From positions 1 to 35,895 of the forward strand of contig JAYWGM010000025.1 of the NCBI GenBank assembly GCA_043778225.1: a DNA stretch of 35,895 bases. Direction: 5' to 3'. The notes beneath the pieces are model-generated. The model made no database searches and was not told where the DNA came from. It saw only the letters and a list, made by a program, of their open reading frames with translations. A program made the position numbers and the translations under genes. Within the stretch, counting starts at the first letter, position 1. Each line of letters begins with the position of its first letter. This DNA comes from Deinococcales bacterium. Its GTDB lineage: Bacteria > Deinococcota > Deinococci > Deinococcales > JAAFIG01. Positions 27,569 to 35,769 of this stretch are shown here, one piece after another.

Positions 27569-28519
27569 ATGTACAGCCCAACCTTGCGATTGCTGACTTT
27601 ACTCGAATTACTCGAGTCCAAAGAAAAAATAACTGGGCTTGAATTGGCGCAGCAACTCGAGGTCAGTTCACGCAGCGTCCAGCGCTATATTTTGCAATTA
27701 CAAGACTTGGGAATACCAGTTGAATCCACCCGAGGTGTGGGTGGGGCATACCGCTTAAAACCGGGGTTCAGGCTGCCGCCGCTTATGTTCACCAACGAAG
27801 AAGCCTTGGCGCTGTCTTTGGGATTACAAGCCCTCGAGCCACTTGGTTTAATGGCTTTTGCACCCGCTCAGGCTTCGGCGCAAAGCAAATTAACAAGGGT
27901 CTTGCCAACGGCGGTGCGCCAACAAATGCAAATGGTACAAGATACAGTCCTGCTCGAGCCTTTCCCGTGGCTGGTCAAAACCAATTCGGGTATGTTGCTA
28001 CAACTTCTAAAAGCCATAAAAGCCCTCGTTCCAATTCAATTTGCCTACCTGTCGGCTCGAGAAAAACGCACCACTCGGGTGGTAGAACCGTACAATCTGC
28101 TGCATTTTAACCGACGCTGGTACTTGGTTGGGTATTGCCAATTGCGGGCTGCACCTCGAGTGTTTCGTTTAGACCGCATAGCAGAAATCGAACTGCTTGA
28201 GGGGAGCTTTGAGCGCCCTACAAATTTTGATGCTCTGAAATTCTTGCGCGATTCGATTCCTTTTGCCCCTGCACCGTGGAATGTCGAGGTATTGTTGGAC
28301 TTACCGATTAGCGAGGCTCGTTGGCGGGTTCTACCGCATCAGATGGCACTCGAGGAACACAGCACTGGTACAGTTTTGCGTTGCGGCAGTGGCGACCTCG
28401 AATGGATGGCGGCAATACTGCTGAGTTTTAAGTGCGAATTTGAGATTCGGCAACCACCAGAATTAAAAGTTGCCTTTAGAACCGTGGCAGAGCGAGCCAT
28501 GCAGGTCTTTGAAGAATAA
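27569..28519 (+). CDS. YafY-family HTH-WYL-WCX transcriptional regulator
   Basis: N-terminal HTH (LEVSSRSVQRYI), GGAYRL...LPPLMFTNEEA, RWYLVGYC and FRLDRI. Confidence 0.93.
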   Translation: MYSPTLRLLTLLELLESKEKITGLELAQQLEVSSRSVQRYILQLQDLGIPVESTRGVGGAYRLKPGFRLPPLMFTNEEALALSLGLQALEPLGLMAFAPAQASAQSKLTRVLPTAVRQQMQMVQDTVLLEPFPWLVKTNSGMLLQLLKAIKALVPIQFAYLSAREKRTTRVVEPYNLLHFNRRWYLVGYCQLRAAPRVFRLDRIAEIELLEGSFERPTNFDALKFLRDSIPFAPAPWNVEVLLDLPISEARWRVLPHQMALEEHSTGTVLRCGSGDLEWMAAILLSFKCEFEIRQPPELKVAFRTVAERAMQVFEE

Positions 28520-28642
28520 TTTTTGTTTTTCGGCTTGAGACAAAAATCAACTCGAGCAGATTTGTTTAGAAGTATAAGGTATGCCAACTGCGCCCCGGTT
28601 CAATGTCGGCATCGGTAAATCAGCCTATAGGAGTTTATTGCC

Positions 28643-29506
28643 TCAAGATTTTTGTTGATGAATTGCCACACCAATAATCACCAAAACAATTCCAAATAAC
28701 TCGGTGGTACTTGGTATTTGCCCAAGCACCAAAAAACCAATCAGGGCTGCTGAAGCGGGCAGCAAAGACAATAAAAGTGCAAATGTAGCCCGTGGCAAAC
28801 GAGCCATTGCCAATTGGTCGCAAATGTACGGAATCACCGAAGAGCAAATGCCAACCCCAATTCCAGCCATCAAGAGCAGAGGATGGGTCAATGTCGGTAA
28901 GGCATCCTTAAAACCAAATGGCATCACCACAATCAAGGCAATCAGCATCGAAGCTCCTAAACGATCAATCCCAGCCTGACCACCATCTCGAGCAATCCGA
29001 TGCCCAAGAATGATGTAAAACATAAATAGCCCACCATTAGCACAGGCAAGCGCCAAACCAATCGGTTCTACCTCGAGTCGCAGATTAGTCAGTAAACCCA
29101 CACCACCGATGGCTAACCCCAGAGCAATCAGGTTGCGCCATGTTCTTACACCAATGGCGGCTAAAATAATCGAAGCCAAATACTCAATTGCGCCAACTGT
29201 AGCCAGTGGCAAACGGTCAATCGCCAAGTAGAAACAGCAGTTCATCAAAGCAAGCACAAGCCCAAGCCCAAGCAGTAACCAACGTTGAGCAGTGGAGGCT
29301 TGCAAAAAATAACGCCAAGGTTGCCGCCAAATCGCAAAGACAGTAGCCGCACTGGCAATCCGTAACCATGCCACACCAAGCACATCTACTCGAGCAAATA
29401 ACAAAACCGCAAAAGCTGGACCGAGGTAATGGAAAACCGCACTGATTAAAAAATATACATGAGGCGGCAGAAATGCCCCTGAAGGCTCGAGTGGTGTTTT
29501 GGACAT
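28643..29506 (-). CDS. EamA/RhtA-like DMT permease
   Basis: About 10 TM helices, AWLRI, FYLAIDRLPL and SSVIPYICDQLAM; TACACT 6 nt upstream. Confidence 0.9.
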   Translation of the reverse strand: MSKTPLEPSGAFLPPHVYFLISAVFHYLGPAFAVLLFARVDVLGVAWLRIASAATVFAIWRQPWRYFLQASTAQRWLLLGLGLVLALMNCCFYLAIDRLPLATVGAIEYLASIILAAIGVRTWRNLIALGLAIGGVGLLTNLRLEVEPIGLALACANGGLFMFYIILGHRIARDGGQAGIDRLGASMLIALIVVMPFGFKDALPTLTHPLLLMAGIGVGICSSVIPYICDQLAMARLPRATFALLLSLLPASAALIGFLVLGQIPSTTELFGIVLVIIGVAIHQQKS

Positions 29507-29568
29507 GGTTTAAGTGTATGCTGTCATTCTGGTAGTGTATATAAGAAAACCAAAGTAAATAGGAAAAT

Positions 29569-30063
29569 ATGACTTCAAAATTAAAGAAAAATAGTGTTTT
29601 TACTTATAATGTATCCAATCCATTGCTTGACCAAATCAATCTTCAGTTGCTGCAACTGCTCCAAGAAAACCCAAGATTAACGATGTCCGAATTGGCTCGG
29701 CAGGTCGGTATGTCCTCGCCAGCCGTCAGCGAACGCGTTAAGCGTTTAGAAGAAGCCAAGGTTATTCGTGGTTATGCCATTCTCTTTGACCCACAAGCCT
29801 TAGGGCTACCTTTAAGTGCATATGTTCGCCTTCGCCCACATACAGGACGACTTGCGGAAATTGTAGAACTGGCGCAAAGTATTCCTGAAATCGTTGAATG
29901 CCACCGAATTACAGGTGATGACTGCTTTATTCTCAAAATACACTTTCCTGCTATGGATCAACTTGACCGTTTACTTGACCGCTTTATGATTTATGGCAAC
30001 ACAACCACTTCAATTATCCAATCTTCGCCTGTGGTTGCTCGAGGGCTGCCGTTGCCAAGCTGA
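29569..30063 (+). CDS. Lrp/AsnC-family regulator
   Basis: LDQINLQLL...SELARQVGMSSPAVSERVKRLEE and ECHRITGDD; divergent from EamA. Confidence 0.92.
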   Translation: MTSKLKKNSVFTYNVSNPLLDQINLQLLQLLQENPRLTMSELARQVGMSSPAVSERVKRLEEAKVIRGYAILFDPQALGLPLSAYVRLRPHTGRLAEIVELAQSIPEIVECHRITGDDCFILKIHFPAMDQLDRLLDRFMIYGNTTTSIIQSSPVVARGLPLPS

Positions 30064-30206
30064 GATTAATTTTTCTGCTCGAGGTAACTGAAGCCTCTAA
30101 ATAACTGTCTGACTCGAGGAATCCCAACGCTGCAATAGCTAAGTTGGTGGACAAAGTGGCAAGGTTGCGTCTGTATCCTCGGACAAACCATTTGCAAACT
30201 GTCCTA

Positions 30207-30263
30207 TTGACCAATTCACTACTCTGTGATACATTTTAGTGGTAGTAAGTATCACGCTATACC
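30207..30263 (+). promoter_or_regulatory. padR promoter with two adjacent candidate operator boxes
   Basis: TTGACC-17 nt-TACATT; boxes CACTA-N4-GTGATAC-N4-TAGTG (30217-30241) and GGTA-N4-GTATCAC-N4-TACC (30241-30263). Confidence 0.6.
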
Positions 30264-30281
30264 TAGAAAGGAGGCATCACC

Positions 30282-30608
30282 TTGGAAAACCTGACAGAAA
30301 TGTTAAAAGGCGTACTCGAGGGCTGCGTACTCGAGATTGTCAGTCGCGGAGAAACCTACGGCTATGAAATTGCATCAACCTTACGCACACTAGGCTTTAC
30401 GGATGTCGTCGAAGGTACGGTTTACACGATTCTCGTGCGGCTTGAAAAAAATAAGCTCGTTCACATCGAGATAAAACCATCCACTAAGGGTCCGCCCAGA
30501 AAGTTTTATTCGCTCAACGAGGCTGGTTATACCGAACTGGCGATGTTCTGGGCAAGATGGAACTTTCTTTCACTCAAACTTGGTGAACTAAAAGGAGAAA
30601 GCAAATGA
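30282..30608 (+). CDS. PadR-family regulator
   Basis: MLKGVLEGCVL, YGYEI, EGTVYTILVRLEK and GPPRKFY; AAGGAGG RBS with TTG start. Confidence 0.92.
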   Translation: MENLTEMLKGVLEGCVLEIVSRGETYGYEIASTLRTLGFTDVVEGTVYTILVRLEKNKLVHIEIKPSTKGPPRKFYSLNEAGYTELAMFWARWNFLSLKLGELKGESK

Positions 30609-30946
30609 CTAATTTCCTAACTAAAATCATCGGAGATAAAAAAGAATGGAACAAAATGCAGGCGCGTGCCAAGGCATTACCACGCGACTATCAAATTGTT
30701 TACAGCGAAATTCAAAAATATATGTGGCAGCTTACGGGTGGCGACGGTATGGATATTATCGCCATCCTCAAAGACTTGCTTGGACTGTTTGAATCTGGTG
30801 CAGCCGATGGTAAGCAGGCACTAGAAATCACTGGTGAGGATATTGCTGCGTTCTGCGACGAGCTTTTGCGAAATGCCAAGACATTTACCGAAAACTGGCG
30901 TGAGAAGTTAAACCGCGACGTGATCAAGAAGCTCCGAGACATCTAA
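30605..30946 (+). CDS. DUF1048-family protein
   Basis: KKEW...ARAKALPRDY, LLGLFESGAADG and ITGEDIAAFCDEL; typical PadR partner. Confidence 0.85.
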   Translation: MTNFLTKIIGDKKEWNKMQARAKALPRDYQIVYSEIQKYMWQLTGGDGMDIIAILKDLLGLFESGAADGKQALEITGEDIAAFCDELLRNAKTFTENWREKLNRDVIKKLRDI

Positions 30947-30973
30947 AAGCACAGTAGCTAAAAACATATTTGG

Positions 30974-30997
30974 TTCACAAAGCGCTTTGTGAATTTT
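30974..30997 (+). terminator. Perfect 20-bp palindrome followed by TTTT (terminator or operator)
   Basis: TTCACAAAGCGCTTTGTGAA at 30974-30993. Confidence 0.4.
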
Positions 30998-31092
30998 GGG
31001 TTACTTATTCAAAAATAACACTTCAGAAATGCCAACCGCATTTCGCACCTAAACCATTCTCGAATTCGCTCGAGCAATAAGGAGAAAACCCC

Positions 31093-32349
31093 ATGACCCA
31101 AGTCTCAACTGTACAATCAACCATTGACCCCTCGAGCAAATGGCAACCGCGCTTCTGGACGATTGCCATTGGACAAGCCTTATCCTTAGCAGGCAGTCAA
31201 ATCACCCAGTTTGTGCTGCTTTGGTGGATTACTTCTACAACAAACAGTACGGCTGCACTTGCCACGGCTGGCATTGTCGGGCTACTACCACAAGCCCTAC
31301 TTGGACCACTGGGCGGAGTCTTGGCAGACCGTTTTTCAAGGCGTTTACTGCTGATTATTTCCGATGCTATTTCTGCGATTTGCATCGTTGTGTTGATTAT
31401 TCTATTCGCCACCAATAGCGTCCAGCTTTGGCACGTTTACACCATGATGTTTATTCGCAGCACGATGCAGGCTTTTCAAAGACCAGCTTTTGACGCGAGT
31501 GTCCCCAATATCGTACCCACTGATTTTATTCCAAAAATGTCTGGTATATCTCAGGGTTTTCTCGGGATTATCACGATTGTTGCTGCTCCACTAGGTGCAG
31601 TGGTATTGGCAATTCTGCCGTTACAAGCTGCCCTGATGATTGATGTGGTCACGGCGGTACTGGCAATTACAACTTTACTGATGTATCACATTCCACAACC
31701 GCTCGAGACGCAAAACAAAACCTCGAGCGTCTGGACAGATTTCAAGGAAGGCGTTAGTTATGTAACTCGAGATTCAGGATTACTGAGTTTATATATACTC
31801 TTAGGCATTGTGGTTTTCTTAATCACGCAAGCCAATATCCTCACACCATTGCTGGTCAAGCAACTGTTTGGCGGTGGTCCAAATGAAATTGCTTTACTTT
31901 CGGTCATGTCTGGCGTGGGCTTAATCCTCGGTGGCGTGTTGGCTTCGGTCTTGCCACAACGCCGACCTATTCTGACGATGATTATCTTTTTTGCGATTGG
32001 ATGCGTTGCCGTTAGCTTAACTGCACTTGCACCTGTGTTCTGGCTGGCATTGGTTGGCTGGACTTTTTATGGCATGGGATTTTCGGTTGGCAATGCCAAA
32101 ATGTTTACGCTGCTGGCAACCGTCGTGCCAAATCAGATTCAAGGGCGTACCATATCGTTGCTCACGACAATTATGGGTGTGGTTGGACCACTTGGGCTGC
32201 TGATTGCCGGACCACTCGGTGAGACCATTGGGGTGCGTGGCGTATTCGTCTGGGGCGGGCTACTGAGTGCGGTCATCTGTGTACTTTGGCTTTTTATGCC
32301 AGCCATTCATAAACTCGAGCAAACCAACAACAAAACCTCAACGTCTTGA
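31093..32349 (+). CDS. MFS efflux transporter (MefA/DHA3-like)
   Basis: FWTIAIGQALSLAGS, GVLADRFSRR and about 12 TM helices; AAGGAGA RBS. Confidence 0.9.
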   Translation: MTQVSTVQSTIDPSSKWQPRFWTIAIGQALSLAGSQITQFVLLWWITSTTNSTAALATAGIVGLLPQALLGPLGGVLADRFSRRLLLIISDAISAICIVVLIILFATNSVQLWHVYTMMFIRSTMQAFQRPAFDASVPNIVPTDFIPKMSGISQGFLGIITIVAAPLGAVVLAILPLQAALMIDVVTAVLAITTLLMYHIPQPLETQNKTSSVWTDFKEGVSYVTRDSGLLSLYILLGIVVFLITQANILTPLLVKQLFGGGPNEIALLSVMSGVGLILGGVLASVLPQRRPILTMIIFFAIGCVAVSLTALAPVFWLALVGWTFYGMGFSVGNAKMFTLLATVVPNQIQGRTISLLTTIMGVVGPLGLLIAGPLGETIGVRGVFVWGGLLSAVICVLWLFMPAIHKLEQTNNKTSTS

Positions 32350-32404
32350 TTGCACCGTCAGGCGTGGCACACAATGACCTGTAACTCGAGTATGCTCTAA
32401 GCCT

Positions 32405-32851
32405 ATGCCCTATCCTGCCACCGAATATGCCCAAGCCTTTATCAAGCATCGTCAGCCACTTTTGGCTTTACTCGAGCAAATCCCATCTGAACACGGCGAC
32501 TTTACAATTCGAGCAGATGCGCTGAGTTTTCATACCATGCTTGACCACCTCAGCCAGACCGATGGCTATTTGTTGGATGTTCTGGCGGGTCGCAAATTTA
32601 TTCCAGCCGCCGCCAGCCCAGATTTCTCGAGTGCGCTGTTGCAACTCAAAAGCAGCACCCTAAAAGTACAGCAGTTACTCGAGAACCTAACCGAAGTACA
32701 ACTGAGCCAAGAAATCAAGGCTTTTGGGCAAACTTGGAAAGCCTACCGGCTGATTGATTTTGGACGTGAACACGAAGCCCATCACAAAGGGCAACTCTGG
32801 ATGATGGCTCGAGCCGTGGGCATAGAACCCCCAATGTTTTATCAGTTCTAA
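32405..32851 (+). CDS. DinB/YfiT-family protein
   Basis: Metal His triad (LDHL ... EHEAHHKGQL). Confidence 0.88.
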   Translation: MPYPATEYAQAFIKHRQPLLALLEQIPSEHGDFTIRADALSFHTMLDHLSQTDGYLLDVLAGRKFIPAAASPDFSSALLQLKSSTLKVQQLLENLTEVQLSQEIKAFGQTWKAYRLIDFGREHEAHHKGQLWMMARAVGIEPPMFYQF

Positions 32852-32864
32852 CCTTGGAGGTCAA

Positions 32865-33401
32865 ATGGACATCACCGTTACTTTTCAGCCAAAAAACCGT
32901 GCAGCATGGCGCAATTGGCTCGAGGAAAATCATGCCAGATGTCAAGAAATCTGGCTTTTAATGCCTAAAAGCCCCAGTTTGAGCTACCTCGAGTCGGTCG
33001 AAGAAGCCCTTTGTTTTGGTTGGATTGATGGCATTTCTAAGCGCTTTGATACCGAATTACTAGCCCAACGTTTTACACCACGCCGCAAAAAAAGCAACTG
33101 GACAGAACTCAATAAAGAACGCGCACGGCGCTTAATTGCTCAAGGTCGTATGACCGAATCTGGGCGTGCTATTTTGCCAGACCTGACCCTCGAGCCACTG
33201 CAAATTGCGCCAGACATCCAAAGCGCCTTACAAGCCGACCCGCAAACTTGGCAGAACTTTTTGGCGTTCCCAGATATTTACCAACGAATTCGGATTGGTT
33301 ATGTCGAAGAAATGCGCCAGAATCCACCCGTATTTCAAACGCGACTACAAAACTTTGTGGGTCGTACCAAACAGAATAAACAATTTGGCGGTCTGTTATA
33401 A
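32865..33401 (+). CDS. YdeI/OmpD-associated family protein
   Basis: WRNWLEENH, EEALCFGWIDG and FTPRRKKSNWTELNK. Confidence 0.9.
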   Translation: MDITVTFQPKNRAAWRNWLEENHARCQEIWLLMPKSPSLSYLESVEEALCFGWIDGISKRFDTELLAQRFTPRRKKSNWTELNKERARRLIAQGRMTESGRAILPDLTLEPLQIAPDIQSALQADPQTWQNFLAFPDIYQRIRIGYVEEMRQNPPVFQTRLQNFVGRTKQNKQFGGLL

Positions 33402-33420
33402 AACCAGCCTTACTGCGGCA

Positions 33421-33648
33421 TTGCCATTAAAATCTCGAGAGCCTGATTGGGCTGCCCTACACAAGCCCTGTCGTTCCACACTGATTCTAATTGGGGTTCA
33501 TACCCAAGCCAAACTCGAGCGTGAAGTGCTGGGTGGCGTTGCCCAAAGTGTTTCGGAAGAAGCTAAAATTCTAGTCTTAATCGTACCAACCAAAAGTAAA
33601 AAAACAGGTTTTGAAGCCCGTTGGGCAAGTGTGGTAATGCAGCCGTAA
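33421..33648 (+). pseudogene. Universal stress protein C-terminal fragment
   Basis: LILIGVHTQAKLEREVLGGVAQSVSEEAKILVLIVP resembles DLIVLGTHG..LDRILLGSVAQAVAHHAHVPVLL in the neighbouring USP; N-terminal half absent. Confidence 0.55.
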
Positions 33649-33685
33649 CACCAGTCGTCCAAACTGTTTTTAAGTGAGGTGAACC

Positions 33686-33856
33686 ATGCGAACCATCCCC
33701 GTTATCGGCAGTTTTATCTTGTTGCTATCCAGTTTATTCGTGGCAATAAATTTGCAAAAACCACTGGCAGGACTGATTATCTTGTGTCTTAGTTTACTGA
33801 CATTATGGCTCGAGGTCAGTCGTTCAGGTTCAATAAAGGAGAGGTATGTTCGCTAA
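33686..33856 (+). CDS. Small 56-aa two-helix membrane protein (not in the ORF track)
   Basis: GAGGTGA RBS; MRTIPVIGSFILLLSSLFVAINLQKPLAGLIILCLSLLTLWLEVSRSGSIKERYVR*; overlaps the USP start. Confidence 0.6.
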   Translation: MRTIPVIGSFILLLSSLFVAINLQKPLAGLIILCLSLLTLWLEVSRSGSIKERYVR

Positions 33857-34793
33857 AGTCTGTATTCCTATTACCAACGAATCTCTATCCATTCATGCGG
33901 CTCGAGCCGCACTGGACTTTGCCCATAAACTCGGTGCTAAGGCTGTATTTGTTTCGGTTTTTAGTATGCCAATTATTTACCGTTCTCAAAGCGAAGATGA
34001 TGTGCGCTTAGAATTGCAAAAAACCACCGAAGCCTTTCTCGAGACATGGATTGAATTTGCCGAGCATCGTAAAGTACCTGTCAGTATCGTTGCGATCGAA
34101 GCTCGAGACTCAGGCATTGCACAAACCATCGCCGAAACTGCCTTGCAAGAACACTGCGACCTGATTGCCATGGGAACACACGCTTATGAAGGCATCAACC
34201 GCTTGTTGCTCGGCAGTGTAGCTGAGGCAGTCACACGCCATTCGCATTTGCCAGTGATGCTCTTCCATTTGGGTCTTGTGCCGACCGCTAAACCATTTGA
34301 ATGCACAAGAATTTTGGTGGCAGTGGACGGCAGTGCTGCTACCAACGAAGCCTTGGATGTGACTCGAGCTTTAGCCAAGCAATTATCTGCCCATGTCGAA
34401 GTGCTGCACGTAATTCCAGATGTCCCAATTGTTTATGACACGATCATGCCAAGTATAGATTACTCAAAACTTGCTACCGATTACATGAACAAAGGCAAAC
34501 AAATTCTCTACAACGCCGAAGCCAAACTGGATGTGAGCAACAAAGAACTGGTTCTCGAGCCAGCCCACCGCCGCCGCATTGCCGATGTGATTCTGGGGAT
34601 TGCCAAAACCCATCATGCCGATTTAATTGTCCTTGGCACACATGGTTATGGTGGTTTAGACCGAATTTTACTTGGAAGCGTGGCACAAGCTGTGGCGCAC
34701 CATGCTCATGTGCCAGTCTTACTGACTCGAGCCGTAGAGCGCGAAAAAAGTCTGGAAGCCACCAATACTGCTTTTACAAGTCTTGCCATTTAA
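33846..34793 (+). CDS. Tandem universal stress protein
   Basis: Two USP domains (DLIAMGTHA...LLGSVAE; ILVAVDGS...DLIVLGTHG...LGSVAQ). Confidence 0.93.
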   Translation: MFAKVCIPITNESLSIHAARAALDFAHKLGAKAVFVSVFSMPIIYRSQSEDDVRLELQKTTEAFLETWIEFAEHRKVPVSIVAIEARDSGIAQTIAETALQEHCDLIAMGTHAYEGINRLLLGSVAEAVTRHSHLPVMLFHLGLVPTAKPFECTRILVAVDGSAATNEALDVTRALAKQLSAHVEVLHVIPDVPIVYDTIMPSIDYSKLATDYMNKGKQILYNAEAKLDVSNKELVLEPAHRRRIADVILGIAKTHHADLIVLGTHGYGGLDRILLGSVAQAVAHHAHVPVLLTRAVEREKSLEATNTAFTSLAI

Positions 34794-34839
34794 GGCTCAA
34801 GCAATAGAACATCGAGCTTGCATAACCACTGGTAAGAAA

Positions 34840-35676
34840 CTAAGCCAAACCAACACTCGAGAAACTTTCATTGGCTGTCAACCTCATTGGTTGGCGGCTA
34901 CATATTTTTTCACCACTTTTGATGCGTTCAGCAAGCTCTAAGGTTTCAGGCATCGGTGAATCCTCGAGTTCGACCTGTAAAAAATGAATAAAGCGTCGGT
35001 AATGCTCGATCGCAACGTATTTATCCTCGACCACCGATAGGCAGGTCATGAGTTTTTGATGGTGATTTTCGCCAATATACGGGTCTAGGTGTAGGGCTAT
35101 ACCTAAAGCACTGACCGCTTTGGCACACGCCCCAGTTCCACAGTGCAGCAAAGAAATCTCGAGGTTGGCACGAACATAAACCCCACGCAGTTGCTCACGC
35201 AGTTCATTTGCCCAAGTCGCCGTGATATTCGGCAAAAAATCGCCTTGGTAAAGTGCAACAACACGCCCAAAGGCTTGCAGACGCAGTTCTTTATTTGGGG
35301 CGTGGTCAGCTTCTTCTAGGGTCTGATACAGTTGGTGTAGGTCTGTGGCAGCCAGTACGGTAGCGTTTAAGCAGTAACGATTATTTTTCTCGAGCAGTGC
35401 AGTATTATGCCCAAGCGCCTGACGAATACGGTGGACTGTAACCCGAAAACGGTTGTTACTTTCTTTGTTTGGCTCGGTTTGCCAAAGTTGCTCGAGAATT
35501 TCTTCTTTTTGCTTACCATTGGGATGAGCCAATAAGTAAAAAAAGAGTTCTTCGGCAGTTTTACTCTTAAATTGGGCTGTATGGTTATTGACCAGCACAT
35601 GGTATCCACCAAGTGTCGCAATCTCAAGAAGCGGGCAAGCCTCGAGAACTTGTTGCCCTGTGCGACCTTGACCCAT
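34840..35676 (-). CDS. SARP/AfsR-type regulator (winged helix plus BTAD)
   Basis: TLGG, ELFFYLLAH, LW...FRVTVHRIRQAL, LYQGDFLP and LDPYIGENHHQKLM; AAGGAGA RBS. Confidence 0.88.
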   Translation of the reverse strand: MGQGRTGQQVLEACPLLEIATLGGYHVLVNNHTAQFKSKTAEELFFYLLAHPNGKQKEEILEQLWQTEPNKESNNRFRVTVHRIRQALGHNTALLEKNNRYCLNATVLAATDLHQLYQTLEEADHAPNKELRLQAFGRVVALYQGDFLPNITATWANELREQLRGVYVRANLEISLLHCGTGACAKAVSALGIALHLDPYIGENHHQKLMTCLSVVEDKYVAIEHYRRFIHFLQVELEDSPMPETLELAERIKSGEKICSRQPMRLTANESFSSVGLA

Positions 35677-35695
35677 TTGTTCTCCTTGACATCAC

Positions 35696-35745
35696 ACAAA
35701 AACCCAAATTCTCGAGTAGGCGCGACTCGAGTGAATTTGGGTTTT
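35696..35745. terminator. Long hairpin built on two CTCGAG sites, possible bidirectional terminator
   Basis: AAAACCCAAATT-CTCGAGT-aggcgcg-ACTCGAG-tg-AATTTGGGTTTT. Confidence 0.6.
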
Positions 35746-35769
35746 ACAAGAGTTGATACAAGGATAGTT

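Noticed and set aside
30064..30214. Minus-strand 66-aa ORF between lrp and padR
   Set aside because: No RBS or motif, and it overlaps the lrp end and the padR promoter.
329..35731. CTCGAG sites as XhoI cloning or synthetic artefacts
   Set aside because: Sites lie in-frame within intact conserved genes, in all frames and on both strands, with no vector sequence.
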